The notes below the pieces were generated by a model, which had not been told where the DNA came from, ran no database searches, and was given only the letters and a program-made list of their open reading frames with translations. The translations under genes were made by a program, and so were the position numbers. 64,000 nucleotides of DNA from an uncultured Sphingomonadaceae bacterium (lineage in GTDB: Bacteria > Pseudomonadota > Alphaproteobacteria > Sphingomonadales > Sphingomonadaceae): contig CANMGU010000002.1 of the NCBI GenBank assembly GCA_947497455.1, forward strand, positions 402,506-466,505, read 5' to 3'. This document shows positions 45,877 through 55,897 of the stretch, in pieces. The first letter of the stretch is position 1, and each line of letters opens with the position of its first letter.

Positions 45877-48066
45877 TTATGCCGCTTTGTAAAAGCTCTC
45901 ACCCGCATCCGCTTTTTCACGGAAGCTCATGGGCGGCTTGAACCGTTCGCCATATTTCTGTGCCAGCATATCGGCGGTGCGCACGAAATTATCGACGCCG
46001 ATCGTGTCGATATGGCTCATCGGCCCGCCGGTCCATGGCGCAAAGCCCCAGCCAAAGATCGCACCGAGATCTGCAGACTGCGGATCAGAGACAACGCCTT
46101 CGTCGAAACATTGCGCGGTGGCAATCAGCTGAATATACATCAACCGCTGTTTGACTTCCTCAACCGTTGGCTGGTCTTCGGCGAGCGGGAAATGCTCTTT
46201 CAGGCCGGGCCATAGTTTCTTGGAACCATCATCGGCATATTCATAGAATCCGCCACCAAAACGACGTCCGCGACGGTCAATCTTCTTGACCATCAGTTCC
46301 ATCAAATCCTCAGTCCCGCTTGGAACATAGGCGTCACCCATTTCCTCCTTGGTTGACGTCATGATGTCGTAACCGAGTTGCAAGGTGGTTTCGTCGACAA
46401 TCGCCAGCGGACCGATGGGCATGCCCATCGATATCGCTGCATTTTCGATCAGTGCTGGATTGACGCCCTCGGCCACCATCATGGTCGCTTCATTGGCATA
46501 TGGCGGGAAGACGCGGTTGGTATAAAAACCGCGTACGTCTTTCACCACAATCGGTGTCTTGCGGATCTTGGCGTTATAGTCGAGCGCCACGGCCAGGGCC
46601 TTATCGCCGGTTTTCTCACCCGGAATGATTTCGAGCAGTGGCATTTTCTCAACCGGTGAGAAAAAGTGCATGCCGATAAACTGATCCGGGCGCTCGCTGT
46701 TTTTCGCCAGGCCCGTAATCGGAAGCGTTGAGGTGTTGGATGCGAAGACCACATCCTTACCGATTACCGCCTCTGTCTTCTTGATCACGTCTGCTTTCAC
46801 GTCAGGACGTTCAAACACCGCTTCGATGATCAGATCGACATCTTTCAGATCATCATAATTATCGGTCGGTGTGATGCGCGCCATGAATGCATCTGCTTTC
46901 TCCTGAGTCATCTTGCCGCGCTTTACGCCTTTGTCGACAATCTTCTGGCTATAGTCGATTGCCTTTTGCGCTTCTTCCATATTGCGGTCGAGGACGATGA
47001 CTTTCATCCCGCCTTTGGCCGTTACATGGGTAATACCGGAGCCCATTAGACCGGCGCCGAGGACGCCAACAGTCTTGAGTTCGCTTGCCGGGACACCTTC
47101 GGGACGCATGGCGCCTTTGTCCGCTGCCTGTTTGTTCACGAACAAGGTTCGGATCATGTTTTTCGCTTGCGGGCCGGCGAGCAGCTTGGTGAAATATTTG
47201 CTTTCCACTTTAAGCGCGGTGTCGATGGGCAGCATCGAGCCTTCATATAGACAGGACAGGATCGCCTTGACCGCTTCATAATTGCCTTTGCTCTGTTTGA
47301 GCGCCATCGCGGACGAACCGAGATAAAGAGGTACAGCGCGCGGATCCATGGATCCAGCACCGCCAGGGAACTTCCAGCCCTTCTTGTCCCAGGGAGCAGA
47401 AGCTTTCGGATTGGCTTTCACCCACGCCTTGGCTTTAGCGACAACGTCTTCGGCAGGGACGACTTCATCAACAATTTTCTGCGCGAGAGCGGCCTGTGGG
47501 TTCATTGGCTGCCCCATCATGATTGCCATACCAGCAGCTTGCAATCCTGCGAGGCGCGGCAGACGCTGGGTTCCGCCACCACCGGGCAGCAGGCCAACTT
47601 GTACCTCAGGAAGGCCGAGTTGCAGTTTCGGATTGTCGGCACAGACGCGGTAGTGGCAGGCCAGAGCAAGCTCTAGACCACCGCCGAGAGCGAGGCCATT
47701 AAGCGCGCAAGCAACCGGTTTGGCGTGGGCCTTGCCTTTCAGCAAGTCCTTGGCGCTGTTGCCGCCGGTTTCCATTTTGCGCAGGATGGCATTCAAGCCC
47801 CAGGCTTGCTCGAACGCCTCTTTCATCGTTTCGGCCTTGGAGGAACCGAGCATGTTGAGATCGGCTCCGGCGAGGAAACCGGATTTCTTGCCTGAGGTAA
47901 TCACGGCGCCTTTGATGCCATCGTTGGCAATCAACTCATCAACGAATTTCGGGAAGTCAGCCATCAGGCCTTCGTTCCAGACGTTCATCGACTGGCCTGG
48001 AAGATCGATGGTGACGAGGGCAATGCCATCGCTGTCAATATCGACGGTGAGTGTTTCGTAAGTCAT
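45877..48066 (-). CDS. Multifunctional fatty-acid oxidation protein (enoyl-CoA hydratase / 3-hydroxyacyl-CoA dehydrogenase, FadB/FadJ-like)
   Basis: The 729-aa ORF has an N-terminal crotonase domain (GFLAGADL), a central NAD-binding motif VGVLGAGLMGSGI and 3HCDH C-terminal domains. Confidence 0.9.
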   Translation of the reverse strand: MTYETLTVDIDSDGIALVTIDLPGQSMNVWNEGLMADFPKFVDELIANDGIKGAVITSGKKSGFLAGADLNMLGSSKAETMKEAFEQAWGLNAILRKMETGGNSAKDLLKGKAHAKPVACALNGLALGGGLELALACHYRVCADNPKLQLGLPEVQVGLLPGGGGTQRLPRLAGLQAAGMAIMMGQPMNPQAALAQKIVDEVVPAEDVVAKAKAWVKANPKASAPWDKKGWKFPGGAGSMDPRAVPLYLGSSAMALKQSKGNYEAVKAILSCLYEGSMLPIDTALKVESKYFTKLLAGPQAKNMIRTLFVNKQAADKGAMRPEGVPASELKTVGVLGAGLMGSGITHVTAKGGMKVIVLDRNMEEAQKAIDYSQKIVDKGVKRGKMTQEKADAFMARITPTDNYDDLKDVDLIIEAVFERPDVKADVIKKTEAVIGKDVVFASNTSTLPITGLAKNSERPDQFIGMHFFSPVEKMPLLEIIPGEKTGDKALAVALDYNAKIRKTPIVVKDVRGFYTNRVFPPYANEATMMVAEGVNPALIENAAISMGMPIGPLAIVDETTLQLGYDIMTSTKEEMGDAYVPSGTEDLMELMVKKIDRRGRRFGGGFYEYADDGSKKLWPGLKEHFPLAEDQPTVEEVKQRLMYIQLIATAQCFDEGVVSDPQSADLGAIFGWGFAPWTGGPMSHIDTIGVDNFVRTADMLAQKYGERFKPPMSFREKADAGESFYKAA

Positions 48067-48120
48067 GAATTTTGTCCTGCTAAATATGGGATTGGAGTGA
48101 TTGGTGTCGCTTGCAGCGCT

Positions 48121-49335
48121 CTAGTTCACTCGCTCAATGATGGTGGCAATGCCCATGCCGCCGCCGATACACAGCGTCGACAAAGCGGTCTGTTTGTTGG
48201 AGCGTTCCAGCTCGTCCAGTACCGTGCCCAGGATCATCGCGCCCGTGGCGCCCAAAGGATGGCCCATGGCAATCGCGCCGCCATTCACATTGATATCGCT
48301 ATGATCGACATTCATCGCTTCCATGAAGCGCAGGACAACGGCTGCGAAAGCTTCGTTCAATTCCCACACGTCAATGTCGCTGGCATCCATGCCCGCGCGC
48401 TTGAGCGCTTTCTGGGCGGCAAATTCTGGGCCGGTTAACATGATGGTTGGCTCTGATCCGATCGAAGCCATGGAGACAATCCGGGCCCGCGGTTTCAGGC
48501 CGTATTTCGTGCCTGCCTCTTCATTACCAATCAGCACGGCTGCTGCACCGTCAACAATACCGGAGCTGTTCCCGGCATGGTGGACATGGTTCATTTTCTC
48601 GACATCGGGATGTTTGAGAATCGCGACATCGTTAAAGCCAGGCATCTGCTCACCCATCATCTGGAAAGCAGGATTGAGCGAACCCAATGACTGCATGTCG
48701 GTTTCGGGACGCATGAGCTCGTCACGGTCGAGCACGGTTTCACCAATCACATCTTTGATCGGAAGGATGGATTTTTCGAACCGCTTTTCTTCCCAGCTTT
48801 TGCCGGCACGTTTCTGGCTCTCGACCGCATAGGCGTCGACATCATCGCGGCTATAGCCATATTTGGTGGCGATCAGATCGGCGGAAATGCCTTGCGGCAC
48901 GAAATATTCCTGAAAAACCAAGGTCGGGTCAGCCATGCCGCCCAGACCATCGCTGCCCATTGGGATGCGGGACATGGACTCAACGCCGCCGCCAACGGCC
49001 AGATCAGCTTCGCCGGATTTAATCTTGCCGGCCGCAATATTCACCGCTTCCAGACCGGAACCGCAGAAACGGTTGACCTGAATCGCGGATGTGGTGTCAG
49101 CATAACCGGCTTTGAGGGCCGCCATACGGCTAATCACGGCACCTTGTTCACCGACGGGGGAGACACAGCCATAAGCAATATCTTCGACTTCATGACCATC
49201 CAGTTCGTTACGGTCGTTCACCGAAGCGAGCACTTGAGATGCGAGATCAAGAGCGGTGATTTCGTGCAAGCTGCCGTCGCTGCGGCCTTTCCCACGCGGG
49301 CTGCGCACAGCGTCATAAATATAGGCTTCGGTCAT
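48121..49335 (-). CDS. Acetyl-CoA C-acyltransferase (thiolase)
   Basis: It has the active-site Cys motif [11 protein letters not shown], a GHPLGATG-type C-terminal motif and CIGGGMG. Confidence 0.95.
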   Translation of the reverse strand: MTEAYIYDAVRSPRGKGRSDGSLHEITALDLASQVLASVNDRNELDGHEVEDIAYGCVSPVGEQGAVISRMAALKAGYADTTSAIQVNRFCGSGLEAVNIAAGKIKSGEADLAVGGGVESMSRIPMGSDGLGGMADPTLVFQEYFVPQGISADLIATKYGYSRDDVDAYAVESQKRAGKSWEEKRFEKSILPIKDVIGETVLDRDELMRPETDMQSLGSLNPAFQMMGEQMPGFNDVAILKHPDVEKMNHVHHAGNSSGIVDGAAAVLIGNEEAGTKYGLKPRARIVSMASIGSEPTIMLTGPEFAAQKALKRAGMDASDIDVWELNEAFAAVVLRFMEAMNVDHSDINVNGGAIAMGHPLGATGAMILGTVLDELERSNKQTALSTLCIGGGMGIATIIERVN

Positions 49336-49367
49336 GCGTTATTCCTTATTTTGAAAAAATCTGAACT

Positions 49368-49385
49368 ATTAACTGCATAGTTAAT
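49368..49385. promoter_or_regulatory. Inverted repeat ATTAACT-N4-AGTTAAT upstream of the thiolase/fadB operon, a candidate operator
   Basis: It has perfect 7-bp arms and begins 33 nt upstream of the thiolase ATG. The function is inferred only. Confidence 0.3.
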
Positions 49386-49409
49386 GCTGCGCTGCAGCAC
49401 AGTCAAGCA

Positions 49410-49421
49410 GTTTACGTAAAC
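49410..49421. promoter_or_regulatory. Perfect 12-bp palindrome GTTTACGTAAAC in the same intergenic region, a candidate operator
   Basis: The palindrome is seen directly in the sequence. The function is inferred only. Confidence 0.3.
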
Positions 49422-49508
49422 GTCAATCGAGGAAAGGGGGCGACTCGCCTTGCTTTTCTTCTGCTGCTGGTCAGTCTAGTCCAGCCTTTAGCCGATTCAA
49501 GTCAAACC

Positions 49509-50669
49509 CTATTCAAGGATGCTTTGATATTTCTGGCTGAAGACATCGCGGCCAACGATATAGCGCATGATTTCTGAGCTACCGGCGTAGATTCTGCTCA
49601 TCCGTGCATCGGTGAAGATCCGGCTGATTTCATATTCCTTCATATAGCCCGCGCCGCCGTGTAGCTGCAATCCAAGGTCAGCCATTTCCCATTCAATTTC
49701 ACTGCCAAGCATCTTGCCCTTTGCGGCGATATTGGCATTGAGACCGCCTTGATTGTGCACTTCTACACAGTGGTCGATATAGACCTGCAGCATATCGATC
49801 TTGGCATCCATTTCGGCCATTTTAAACTGCGTGTTCTGCATGTCGCTCAGCTTTTTACCGAATACGTCGCGCTCCATCACAAACTCACGCGTAACATCAA
49901 AGGCCCGGCGCGCAGAAGCGCCGTAGCCGACCATGCCGATCAACCGCTCTTCTGCCAGGCCCTCCATCAGATGGATAAAGCCCTTGCCCGGTGTTCCGAG
50001 TTGGTTCTCTTTTGGTATTTTGACATTGTTGAAGAACAGCTCGGCCGTATCCTGCGCATGCAGTCCGATTTTCTCTAGATTCTGGCCACGCTCAAACCCT
50101 TCCATACCACGCTCGACGATAAGCAATACCATCGCATGTTTGTCATCCACGCCTGCGATTTTGGCGGCAACAATCACCACATCCGCGTTGATACCGTTGG
50201 AGATATAGGTCTTGGAGCCGTTCAACTCCCAATGATCGCCATTGTCCGTTGCGGTTGTCTTCATTCCCGAGAGGTCACTGCCTGCGCCAGGTTCAGTCAT
50301 CGCTACCGCCAATATGGTATCACCGCTGACGCATTTGGGCAGGAATCGCTCGCGCTGTTCTTCGTTGCCGATATTCTTGAAATACGGCCCGACCAGACGG
50401 CTATGCAGTGTGTTATACCACTCGGCGCAGCCCGCCCTAGTGGTTTCCTCAATAATGATCTGCTCATAGCGGAAATCATCATCGCCCATGCCGCCATATT
50501 TTTCATCCGGCCAGATCATCAGGAAGCCCTGATCACCCGCTTTCTTGAATATTTCGCGATCAACAATGCCGGCCTCACGGAATTCATCCATCCGTGGTGC
50601 AACTTCATCGGCCAGAAAGCGGCGATAGGCATCACGGAACATATGCTGTTCTTCGGTAAACTTACGCAT
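49509..50669 (-). CDS. Acyl-CoA dehydrogenase
   Basis: The 386-aa ORF has typical ACAD three-domain organisation (..AMTEPGAGSD.., ..QLHGGAGYM.EY...R...DAR...IY.G..EI). Confidence 0.9.
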   Translation of the reverse strand: MRKFTEEQHMFRDAYRRFLADEVAPRMDEFREAGIVDREIFKKAGDQGFLMIWPDEKYGGMGDDDFRYEQIIIEETTRAGCAEWYNTLHSRLVGPYFKNIGNEEQRERFLPKCVSGDTILAVAMTEPGAGSDLSGMKTTATDNGDHWELNGSKTYISNGINADVVIVAAKIAGVDDKHAMVLLIVERGMEGFERGQNLEKIGLHAQDTAELFFNNVKIPKENQLGTPGKGFIHLMEGLAEERLIGMVGYGASARRAFDVTREFVMERDVFGKKLSDMQNTQFKMAEMDAKIDMLQVYIDHCVEVHNQGGLNANIAAKGKMLGSEIEWEMADLGLQLHGGAGYMKEYEISRIFTDARMSRIYAGSSEIMRYIVGRDVFSQKYQSILE

Positions 50670-50851
50670 GGGAGAAATCCTTCGAAATTATCTGATAAGC
50701 GCTAATATGATCGTCAAGCGCGATATCGAATCGCCTTTAACCGGTCAATTAAAACATGGCTTTCACCAGTGCCACAACCTGTTCTTTTGACCATGATCTC
50801 CCGCCATAGTTGACCGTTGCAATTATTTGAAAAGACTTGTTAAGAGTGTCC

Positions 50852-51427
50852 ATGGCGAAAAATGAAGACAAACCCTTTATCCTGGGCCTTGGCGGCACGA
50901 CCAATCCGCATAGCTCGACCGAACAGGCTTTGGCGATCGCACTCAAGACGGCGTCAGATGCCGGTGCCGAGACGAAGCTCTTCGGATCAGCCAAACTTTG
51001 TGCCTTGCCACATTATCGCTCCGATCCGGCCGGATTGAACGAGACCGGCAAGGCGCTTGTTGAGGCTGTCCGGCGCGCTGACGGGATCATATTGGCTAGC
51101 CCCGGCTACCATGGTACCATTTCTGGTCTGGTCAAAAATGCTGTCGACTATATTGAGGAAACGGCAGGCGATGCGCGCGTTTATCTGGATGGCTTGCCGG
51201 TTGGATTAATCGTCACAGCCTATGGTTGGCAAGCAACCGGTTCAACACTGGCAGCAATGCGATCGATAGTGCACGCGCTGCGCGGTTGGCCAACGCCGTT
51301 GGGTGTAGGAATCAACGCATCGGGCGGGATTTTTAAGGACGGCGTCTGTGCAGATGAAGCGGTTAATGAGCAACTCCGTCTCGTCGCCCAACAGGTCATG
51401 CGGGGTTCTCACCGGCGACAATATTGA
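50852..51427 (+). CDS. NADPH-dependent FMN reductase family protein
   Basis: It has the flavodoxin-like pattern ILGLGGTTNPHSS..., and ILASPGYHGTISGLVKNAVDY. I chose the ATG at 50852. Confidence 0.8.
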   Translation: MAKNEDKPFILGLGGTTNPHSSTEQALAIALKTASDAGAETKLFGSAKLCALPHYRSDPAGLNETGKALVEAVRRADGIILASPGYHGTISGLVKNAVDYIEETAGDARVYLDGLPVGLIVTAYGWQATGSTLAAMRSIVHALRGWPTPLGVGINASGGIFKDGVCADEAVNEQLRLVAQQVMRGSHRRQY

Positions 51428-51435
51428 TCCCACGA

Positions 51436-52452
51436 TTATTCAGGCGGCAAATTGCCATAAAAGTCACGATACCAACGGACAAACCGTTTTAGCCCATCTT
51501 CCAGCATGACTTCCGGCTCATAACCGGTCAACGCATGTAGTTTCGACACATCGGCATAAGTTGCGGTGACGTCTCCGGGCTGCATCGGGCGCATGATTTT
51601 CTCCGCTCTCATGCCCAGCGCCTGCTCGAGCGCCTCTATCATGTCCATAAGACCAACCGGTCGGCTGTCTCCGATGTTTAATACGCGGTGTTCGCCAGCG
51701 GCGGGGGGATTGTCCAACGACCCTAATATACCGTCGACAATGTCATCAATATAGGTGAAATCCCGGGCCATTTTACCCTCGCCGTAAACTTCAATAGGCT
51801 CGCCCGCGAGGATCTTTTTCGTGAAACCGAAATAGGCCATGTCCGGCCGGCCCCAAGGCCCATAAACCGTGAAAAACCGCAGTCCTGTTTGGGGAAAACC
51901 GTAAAGCTTTGCATAGGATGCGCTCATCAATTCACACGAGCGTTTGGTGGCGGCATAGAGCGATACCGGATCAACAGCAGGCTCCTCCTCGACAAATCCT
52001 TCGCCGCCCATCGGCTTGTCACCATAGACGGAACTGGACGATGCGTAGACCAAATGTTTAAAATCGGGCGCATGACGGCTGGCTTCCAGCAAGCTCAAAT
52101 GCCCTTCCAGATTGGATTTCTGATAAGCAAACGGATTGTCGATGCTATAACGCACGCCAGCCTGCGCCGCGAGATGGATGATACGCTGCACGCCATTGCC
52201 CTGGACCAATTTGCTTACACCATCGGTATCGGAGACATCGAGCTCTACGAATTCAAACCGCTCCAATGCGATTAAATTTGCCAGACGCGCAGCTTTCAGC
52301 CGGGGATCATAATAGTCATTCAGATTATCAATGCCGATCACACTCTCACCGCGCTCGATCAGCCTGCGAGAAACCGCATGGCCAATGAAACCTGCAGCAC
52401 CAGTAACCAATATGGTGTCAGACCGAGGTGATTGATCATCCATTTGGTTCAT
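51436..52452 (-). CDS. NAD-dependent epimerase/dehydratase (UDP-glucuronate 4-epimerase-like)
   Basis: It has the Rossmann motif VTGAAGFIG, the pattern GIDNLNDYYDP.LK and the catalytic YAATKRS (YxxxK). Confidence 0.85.
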   Translation of the reverse strand: MNQMDDQSPRSDTILVTGAAGFIGHAVSRRLIERGESVIGIDNLNDYYDPRLKAARLANLIALERFEFVELDVSDTDGVSKLVQGNGVQRIIHLAAQAGVRYSIDNPFAYQKSNLEGHLSLLEASRHAPDFKHLVYASSSSVYGDKPMGGEGFVEEEPAVDPVSLYAATKRSCELMSASYAKLYGFPQTGLRFFTVYGPWGRPDMAYFGFTKKILAGEPIEVYGEGKMARDFTYIDDIVDGILGSLDNPPAAGEHRVLNIGDSRPVGLMDMIEALEQALGMRAEKIMRPMQPGDVTATYADVSKLHALTGYEPEVMLEDGLKRFVRWYRDFYGNLPPE

Positions 52453-52534
52453 AGTATCGTTCCTCGGTCACGTGAGAGCATCGTTTGGCGCAGTAACAGC
52501 ATAAAACCAAGATTTCCAATCGGCTGGTTTCGGC

Positions 52535-53578
52535 TCAGCCCGTTTTTCTGTCAAATGCCAAAACATAATCGTCAATATGCTGGAGTGATTGTTCGACCAT
52601 ATTTTCACTAAGAAATGACCCGCGAAAGCTGTTTTTCGCCAATGTGATGATATCGTCTTTATCAAGATCCAAAGCTGCAGCGGTGGCTTCGTAATTATCG
52701 TTTAGATAGCCTCCAAAATAGGAAGGATCATCAGAATTCATGGTTGCACAGAGACCAAGTTCGAGCATTTTTTTCAATGGATGATCTTCCAGCCTGTTGA
52801 CCACGCAAAGAGAGAGGTTGGACAAGGGGCAGACCGTCAAGGCCATCTGACTGTCCCGCAGTTTTTTGATCAACCCATCGTCCTCTAACGACCGGTTACC
52901 ATGATCCATCCGATCTATTTTCAGCAGGTCGAGCGCCTCCCAGATATATTCCGGTGGCCCTTCTTCTCCCGCATGAGCGACAGTTTTGAGGCCCAGCATT
53001 TTCGCTTTTGCAAAGACTTTCGAAAATTTGGATGGCGGGTGACCCAATTCTGAAGAATCGAGACCAACGCCAGATATTCTGTCGAGATAAGGCGTTGCTT
53101 CTTCAAGCGTAGCAAATGCGTCCTCCTCGCTCAAATGGCGAAGGAAGCACATGATCAACTTCGATGTGATGCCCAGATCGGCCTCAGCATCACTCATTGC
53201 CAGCAATATCCCGTCGATCGCGGTTGAAAAAGCTATTCCGCGCTCGGTATGCCCCTGCGGATCAAAAAATATCTCTGCGTGAATAGCATTGTCGGCGTGG
53301 ATTCGTTTGAAATAGGCCATGGTCAGGTCGTAGAAATCCTGCTCGGTGCGCAGGACATTCATCCCCTGATAATAGATATCCAGAAAATCTTGCAGATTGG
53401 AGAAAGCATAAGCTTTTCGAACCTCTTCCGCGGAAGCAAAGGGAATATCAATTCCGTTACGTTGGGCCATTGCGAACATCATTTCGGGCTCAAGTGAGCC
53501 CTCAATATGCAAATGCAATTCGGCCTTGGGAATTTTTGCTATAAAAGCCTGGCGCTGTTCCGGGGATGAAAAGGACAT
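52535..53578 (-). CDS. Adenosine/adenine deaminase family protein (adenine-deaminase-like subgroup)
   Basis: It has the metal-binding motifs KAELHLHIEGSLEPE, HAGE and SDDP(S). Confidence 0.85.
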   Translation of the reverse strand: MSFSSPEQRQAFIAKIPKAELHLHIEGSLEPEMMFAMAQRNGIDIPFASAEEVRKAYAFSNLQDFLDIYYQGMNVLRTEQDFYDLTMAYFKRIHADNAIHAEIFFDPQGHTERGIAFSTAIDGILLAMSDAEADLGITSKLIMCFLRHLSEEDAFATLEEATPYLDRISGVGLDSSELGHPPSKFSKVFAKAKMLGLKTVAHAGEEGPPEYIWEALDLLKIDRMDHGNRSLEDDGLIKKLRDSQMALTVCPLSNLSLCVVNRLEDHPLKKMLELGLCATMNSDDPSYFGGYLNDNYEATAAALDLDKDDIITLAKNSFRGSFLSENMVEQSLQHIDDYVLAFDRKTG

Positions 53579-53580
53579 AT

Positions 53581-54192
53581 CTAGCTCTTTATGATGATGG
53601 GATTGGGGATTTCTTCTTCATCAAAAATGATCGAAGCATCGGATTTATTGGCGCAAATTTCGTCTTTGGTCAGCCCGTCCAGCTCATGTGGGAAAATGAG
53701 CCAGTCTTCGGTTTCGTGAATGAAGAAATCGGGTTGCAAGGCGGTCTTATTGCGCGATGGCTTGCTGTAAACAGTGGCAACACGCACATCTTTGGGCATA
53801 TTATGACGGCATCTCTCACCAAGTTCCTTAAGGAAAGCTTCGATGCTTCGGCCGCTGTCAAACACATCATCCACAATCAGCAAATTATCTTCGGGATTGA
53901 GCGTATCTACCAGATAGCCGAGCGCAAAAACCCGCACGGACCGTTCCTGTTTATCAATCCCGGAATAAGAGGATGTTCTAATCGCGATATGGTCAGTCGA
54001 GACACCGTGAAATTCCAATATTTCCTGCACCGCAATGCCAACCGGTGCGCCGCCGCGCCAGATTCCGACTATATGTGTCGGAGAAAAATCGCTCTTCAAT
54101 ATCTGCATGCCCAATCGAAAGCTGTCCGACAATAAGGCGTCGGCGGTGATGTAGGTTTTTATGATAGGTGTTTCTGGGGTCATATTGGTCAT
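53581..54192 (-). CDS. Purine-type phosphoribosyltransferase
   Basis: It has the PRPP-binding motif LLIVDDVFDSGRS and lies next to the deaminase, which fits purine salvage. Confidence 0.8.
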   Translation of the reverse strand: MTNMTPETPIIKTYITADALLSDSFRLGMQILKSDFSPTHIVGIWRGGAPVGIAVQEILEFHGVSTDHIAIRTSSYSGIDKQERSVRVFALGYLVDTLNPEDNLLIVDDVFDSGRSIEAFLKELGERCRHNMPKDVRVATVYSKPSRNKTALQPDFFIHETEDWLIFPHELDGLTKDEICANKSDASIIFDEEEIPNPIIIKS

Positions 54193-54320
54193 ATTCTCCG
54201 GCAGCCTTGGACAACGCCACCGCGAATAATCCCTAGGATATTATCGCACTAGCATTATGCAGGGAGATAAGTAGCCGCTGTTTCGAACATGTTAAACCCA
54301 TATTTCCCGGAGAGCCAAAA

Positions 54321-54953
54321 ATGACATTGATCGTCCACCATCTCAACAATAGCAGGTCCCAGCGGATATTGTGGCTGCTTGAAGAAATTGGCCGACCCTA
54401 TGAGATTCGCCATCATCAACGCGATGCTGTTACCAATCAGGCACCGCCGAGCCTGACCGCTCTGCATCCTCTTGGCAAGTCGCCGATGATTGAGGATGAT
54501 GGACGGATGATCATCGAATCCGGCGCTATCGTCGAGCATATCTGCGCGCATCATGGAGGTGACTTATATGTGCCAGAGCGCGGGACGGACGATTACACCC
54601 GCCATCTTGAGCTTATACATTTTGCCGAGGGGTCAGCGATGACACCGATTTTGCTCAACCTTTATGTTGGACGGCTGGAAGAAGCTGGCGCACCGCTGAT
54701 GCCGCGGATTAATGAACAGCTGACCAGCCATTTCGACTTTATGGAAAACGAGCTCAGTTCGTCCGGCCATTTTATCGGCGATAAACTGAGTGCCGCCGAT
54801 TTCATGCTGAGCTTTCCCGCCGAGGTGGCGATTGCACAAGGTCGTGCGAAAACGCATCCGAAGCTGGCCGCTTTTGTTAAGTGGCTGCAGGCCCGTCCGG
54901 CCTATCAGCGAGGCCTTGAAAAAGGCGGAGAGTATAGTTTCGTCGCCGGATAG
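54321..54953 (+). CDS. Glutathione S-transferase family protein
   Basis: It has an N-terminal thioredoxin-like domain (..NSRSQRILWLLEE.., HPLGKSPMIED) and an alpha-helical C-terminal domain. Confidence 0.85.
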   Translation: MTLIVHHLNNSRSQRILWLLEEIGRPYEIRHHQRDAVTNQAPPSLTALHPLGKSPMIEDDGRMIIESGAIVEHICAHHGGDLYVPERGTDDYTRHLELIHFAEGSAMTPILLNLYVGRLEEAGAPLMPRINEQLTSHFDFMENELSSSGHFIGDKLSAADFMLSFPAEVAIAQGRAKTHPKLAAFVKWLQARPAYQRGLEKGGEYSFVAG

Positions 54954-55004
54954 CATTCGCAAGTCTTTGTATCTTTAACCCATAGCTATCCCAGGACAGT
55001 GTGG

Positions 55005-55817
55005 TCAGAGATTGAAGACCCGGCTGGCATTACCAAATAGAAAGGCGTCCTCCTGTTCCGGCGTTAGGTCTAGCTGATCCAAATGATGCAGACATTGCTG
55101 CGGAGACAACATAGGCCAGTTTGTTCCAAACATCACCCGCTTGGATCCGATTCCCTTCATGTAGTTCACAAAGTCGGCTGGAAGGCGGTGCACGGCATAT
55201 GCTGATGTGTCGACATGGAAATTGGGAAATTTGATGGTTAGGGAAATCAGTTCGTCAATCCACGGAAATCCCACATGGCCGGCCACAACAACGAGTTCTG
55301 GAAAGTCCAGCAGGACATCTTCGAGATAAGGAATGGGGCGACCCGTTTCCGAGCGCAGCAGAGGTCCGGTATGCCCGATCTGCGTACAAAACGGAACGCC
55401 AAGATCAACACAGGCAGCATAGACAGGATAATAGCGGCGATCGTTCGGCGGTAGGTCCCACAGCCAGGGAACTACACGCACGCCGACAAATTTTTCGCCA
55501 TCCACCCATTTGCGTATCTCCCGGACGGCTTGCATCGGATTGCTGAGGTCGACGGTTGCTAGCCCGCGAAATCGGTCTGGCGCGCTGTCGATTTGAGCGT
55601 TCACTTCTTCATTGCTGATCAGCGACCCTTGCGGACCATGCCAGGCCGACAGCAGCGAAATATCAACAGCTTCTGCATCCATCGCCTGCAAAGTTGATTG
55701 AGTGGTCGGTATCAACGGGTCTCCCGATCGGCCCGTCCATCTCAGCAAGGTTTCTAGCCAGGGGGCTTTGGCCATGCGCTCTGTTGTCATCTGGGACCAG
55801 ACATCTATCGCGCCCAT
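55005..55817 (-). CDS. Amidohydrolase_2 (COG2159, ACMSD/LigI-like) family protein with atypical metal-ligand positions
   Basis: It has TIM-barrel hydrolase-like patterns (GHVGFPW, FGTNWP). The N-terminal motif reads IDVWSQ where the family normally has IDxHxH. Confidence 0.75.
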   Translation of the reverse strand: MGAIDVWSQMTTERMAKAPWLETLLRWTGRSGDPLIPTTQSTLQAMDAEAVDISLLSAWHGPQGSLISNEEVNAQIDSAPDRFRGLATVDLSNPMQAVREIRKWVDGEKFVGVRVVPWLWDLPPNDRRYYPVYAACVDLGVPFCTQIGHTGPLLRSETGRPIPYLEDVLLDFPELVVVAGHVGFPWIDELISLTIKFPNFHVDTSAYAVHRLPADFVNYMKGIGSKRVMFGTNWPMLSPQQCLHHLDQLDLTPEQEDAFLFGNASRVFNL

Positions 55818-55897
55818 TTTTAATCTCCTCTTGTAATAATACTACATATGTGTAGTAATTGCATTTCATCAGGATTGTCAATAATGAAGGACTTTGC

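Noticed and set aside
50749-50994. An 81-aa minus-strand ORF overlapping the start of the FMN reductase gene
   Set aside because: It overlaps a well-supported plus-strand gene, has no RBS or motif, and is probably non-coding.
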